64,000 nucleotides of DNA, taken from positions 81,151-145,150 of the forward strand of contig JAUYAM010000002.1 of assembly GCA_030693425.1 (NCBI GenBank). The letters run 5' to 3'. Positions within the stretch are counted from its first letter, which is position 1, and the number at the start of each line of letters is the position of its first letter. The notes under the pieces were generated by a model, which did no database searches, was not told where the DNA came from, and saw only the letters and a program-made list of their open reading frames with translations. Below are positions 61,628 to 64,000 of the stretch, piece by piece. Source of the DNA: a bacterium (GTDB taxonomy: Bacteria; Patescibacteriota; Minisyncoccia; Minisyncoccales; GWA2-46-15). Both the position numbers and the translations under genes were made by a program.

Positions 61628-62117
61628 CTAAACGGATTGGCCGAAGAGTTTTTGATAGAATTGGGCGTAAATTAGAGGAACGAACCTGGGCAGGTTTTGA
61701 TGTTCTTTTCTGAAAGTTAAAAACAGCCATTTATGTGTAGGAATGGCAAGAAAAGCGGCGAAAATATCCCAAAGGGGCGGGACAACAATAATAACGTTCT
61801 CCCCCCACTCTTTTGAGTTCTTGGTAAAATCTTTTCGGGTCGTCGACATGTTCAATCGTGTGTGAACAAAGAACGTATTTGAATTGTTTGTCGGTGAAAG
61901 GAAGGTTATAAACATCTTTAATCAAAACAAAATCGGGTAAATCTTTATGTTTTTTGATGTCGGCGTTGACTCCGCCACCGTCCGTTCTGCCGCAGCAAAT
62001 ATTCAAACCCCACTTTCTTTTCTTGAGAGTTTTGTTTTTGAGGATTGTATAACTGAAATAATGAGCCAGGAAAAGATAGGTAAGAAAAATGCCGGTCGCA
62101 ATAAAAACTGTCTGCAT
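61628..62117 (-). pseudogene. TM-anchored class I SAM-dependent methyltransferase, frameshifted at a G6 run
   Basis: ORF 61731..62117 ends ...HVDDPKRFYQELKRVGGERYYCC. Removing one G from the run at about 61801-61806 gives ...RVGENVIIVVPPLWDIF..., which continues ORF 61628..61915. Confidence 0.6.
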
Positions 62118-62120
62118 ATT

Positions 62121-62522
62121 TTAGCTTTCAATGCTTTCAATCTCGACTTCGGTATAGGGCTGGCGGTGGCCCATTTTTTTATGGTACCTGGTTTTGGGCT
62201 TGAACTTTAAAATAATCACTTTCTTGCCTTTTCCCTGCGTCAAAACTTTGGCTTTAACTTTGGCATTTTCCACCAAAGGCGTGCCGATTTTCGTTTTTTC
62301 GTTTTCAACCACCAGAAGAACTTCGTTGAAAACGATTTCCTGGCCGACTTCTTTTTCGATTTTCTCGATCTTTAGTTTCTGTCCGGGCCTGACTATGTAT
62401 TGCTTGCCGCCGGTTCTTATCACGGCAAAATCTATCTTGTTTTTGCCGCCGGCCTGCCCCGTAGGTCCCGCCGAGACGGGATCCTTCGGGGTTTTTATCA
62501 CAGCTAATGTTGAGTTGCTCAT
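62121..62522 (-). CDS. rplU: 50S ribosomal protein L21 (with N-terminal extension)
   Basis: FAVIRTGGKQYIVRPGQKLKIEKI core and a KKMGHRQPYT tail. Confidence 0.9.
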   Translation of the reverse strand: MSNSTLAVIKTPKDPVSAGPTGQAGGKNKIDFAVIRTGGKQYIVRPGQKLKIEKIEKEVGQEIVFNEVLLVVENEKTKIGTPLVENAKVKAKVLTQGKGKKVIILKFKPKTRYHKKMGHRQPYTEVEIESIES

Positions 62523-62528
62523 AAAAGA

Positions 62529-63542
62529 TTATTCTTTTTGATTATTACTTTCTAATTTTTTAGTTTCGTCAATTTCAATTAGTTTTTCAACCTTTTCTTC
62601 AAACAGAGTCAGCCTTTTTTCCGAGCTGTCATAGGCTGAGGAAGCGTTTCTCAAGTGGCTGCCAAGTTTGCGAAAATCTTCCATTAGTTTTTCCCCGTCC
62701 TGGTAGATTTTCCCTAATCTTTTTAAGATTTGCTGGGTTTGTTTTGAAATCTGGGTATCTTTGAACCAATGTTCAATTGTTCTTAAAGTTAAATAAATTG
62801 TGTTTGGCGAAGCAATAATAATTTTTCTTGACCAGGCAAAGCCGGTAATATCAATTTCCTTGGCAACGTTATTGATCATTTCATAATAAATGGCTTCAGC
62901 CGGGATAAACATTAGGGCAAAATCAGTGGTGCCCTCCCCTGGTATAATATACTTTTGGGAAATAGACAAGACCTGAGCTTTAATATCTTCCAGGAACGCT
63001 TTTTTGAAGAATTCCTTTTCAATGTCGGTGGCGGCAGCTACCATTTTCTGGAAGTTTTCTGTAGAAAACTTGGAATCAATCGGCACGACTTTGCCATTCG
63101 GCAGTTTTAAGATAAAATCCACTGCTTCTCCGGAATTAAACAGATATTGGCTTTGATAAAGCTCTCTGGGAAAATGCTGGGCTAAAATATGTTCCAACTG
63201 GGCTTCTCCCCAAGTACCTCTTAATTTTGGAGATTTGAAAATATCCTGGAAACTTGAAACGTCAGAAACTTTGTTTTGAATCTGCTTTATATTTTCACTT
63301 ATTTCTGTCGCTTCTTTGGTAAAAGAGCGTATTTGGTCGTGCATTTCTTTGGAAGTGTTGTCAACGCTCCCCCTGATCTCTTTTAACTGCTGGCTCATTA
63401 GATCGGTGAGCCTTCTTTCAAGGTTTAAAATCGATTCGCTTTGATTTTTGTCGGTTTGAGAATTTTTAATAAGGAAGAAAACCACTACTGCAGCGGCAAT
63501 GATTACGGCTACGATTGCAAGGGCAAAATAAAAAACCGGCAT
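62529..63542 (-). CDS. rmuC: DNA recombination protein RmuC
   Basis: N-terminal TM helix, a coiled coil and a RmuC nuclease-like C-terminal domain (VPIDSKF, FALMFIPAEAIYYE). Confidence 0.85.
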   Translation of the reverse strand: MPVFYFALAIVAVIIAAAVVVFFLIKNSQTDKNQSESILNLERRLTDLMSQQLKEIRGSVDNTSKEMHDQIRSFTKEATEISENIKQIQNKVSDVSSFQDIFKSPKLRGTWGEAQLEHILAQHFPRELYQSQYLFNSGEAVDFILKLPNGKVVPIDSKFSTENFQKMVAAATDIEKEFFKKAFLEDIKAQVLSISQKYIIPGEGTTDFALMFIPAEAIYYEMINNVAKEIDITGFAWSRKIIIASPNTIYLTLRTIEHWFKDTQISKQTQQILKRLGKIYQDGEKLMEDFRKLGSHLRNASSAYDSSEKRLTLFEEKVEKLIEIDETKKLESNNQKE

Positions 63543-63589
63543 TAGCCTATTCTAGCAAAGCTCATTCCGCATTTCAAGCTCGGAGGAGA

Positions 63590-64000
63590 TTATCCGCGCC
63601 TTAAGAAAATTTCAGAGAGCAAAAAGGCAATATAAATTCCGAGGAGGAAAAAGGCCTCTTTTCTGGTTATCTTCTTTCCTGACCTCAAAAATACCAGAAA
63701 GAAAACCGCTGAAATCACCAGGAATATCCTGGCCATCAGATACGGAGAAAAATCAGTTATTATGATCGGAGAAATGAGAACGACTATTCCCAAAACCAGG
63801 GTGGCGCAATTAATAACACTTCCCATCAAATCTCCCAAAATCAGCCATGACTGTCCTTTTTTAGCAGAAATGATGCTGAAATAGATCTCTGGCATGCAGT
63901 TGCCCAAGCCGACAATCAAAATGCCGATTAAGCCTATCGACATTCCCAAAAACTCGGCAAAAAATAAGGCAGAGGTAACCATTCCCTGAGAGCCGATTAC
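63590..64000 (-). CDS. Ca2+/cation antiporter (CaCA/YrbG-like), C-terminal part; runs off the window
   Basis: GLGNCMPEIYFSI (alpha-repeat, cf. GTSLPE) and multiple TM helices. The frame stays open to the window edge. Confidence 0.6.
   Translation of the reverse strand, partial: VIGSQGMVTSALFFAEFLGMSIGLIGILIVGLGNCMPEIYFSIISAKKGQSWLILGDLMGSVINCATLVLGIVVLISPIIITDFSPYLMARIFLVISAVFFLVFLRSGKKITRKEAFFLLGIYIAFLLSEIFLRRG

Noticed and set aside
1-64000. Whole-window alternative genetic code (UGA=Gly, code 25)
   Set aside because: Standard-code ORFs give full-length conserved proteins, many of which end at TGA (ppsA, for example). Only one suspicious in-frame TGA was seen (22976-22978).

Overview
The window is a gene-dense bacterial chromosome segment of about 42-45% GC (my estimate by eye). 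Most core genes have weak or absent Shine-Dalgarno (SD) sequences. The gene content suggests a reduced-genome Patescibacteria/CPR-like organism, which is an inference. That content includes archaeal-type glycolytic enzymes (ApgM, DhnA-type class I aldolase, GAPDH, PEP synthase), acs, murC, dnaB, dnaX, recR, rmuC, cysS, fmt, efp, obg, engB, L21 and L25. I found no rRNA genes, CRISPR arrays, integrases or transposases. There is one tRNA, tRNA-Gln(UUG).

Findings worth a second look:
1. A ~7-kb AT-rich nine-gene island of nucleotide and sugar-nucleotide enzymes lies between convergent aminotransferase and pyrD genes. It is bracketed by 173-bp direct repeats and by orphan 3' fragments of a sensor-kinase gene.
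2. That kinase 3' terminus occurs five times in the window. The orphan copies are mosaics and sit at compositional breakpoints.
3. An uncharacterised operon encodes a PaaK-like adenylating enzyme, an Acg-type nitroreductase-fold protein and a ThiF/E1-like protein, with a divergent aminotransferase.
4. GC-rich patches carry perfect SD sites, unlike the core genes. One of them is a zinc-ribbon gene pair driven by a near-consensus promoter.
5. Arrays of exactly five tandem heptamers are inserted in frame in murC and dnaX, and related arrays occur in ppsA.
6. A family of perfect 30-32 bp palindromes shares the core CTGCTACGTAGCAG.
7. tRNA-Gln is flanked by two GIY-YIG genes and by a partial 5' tRNA duplicate that a 39-nt hairpin interrupts.

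ORF coordinates follow the supplied track, and starts were trimmed only in multiples of three. Non-ORF coordinates were indexed by hand and may be off by 1-2 nt. All homology calls rest on motif recognition from memory. No database search was run.
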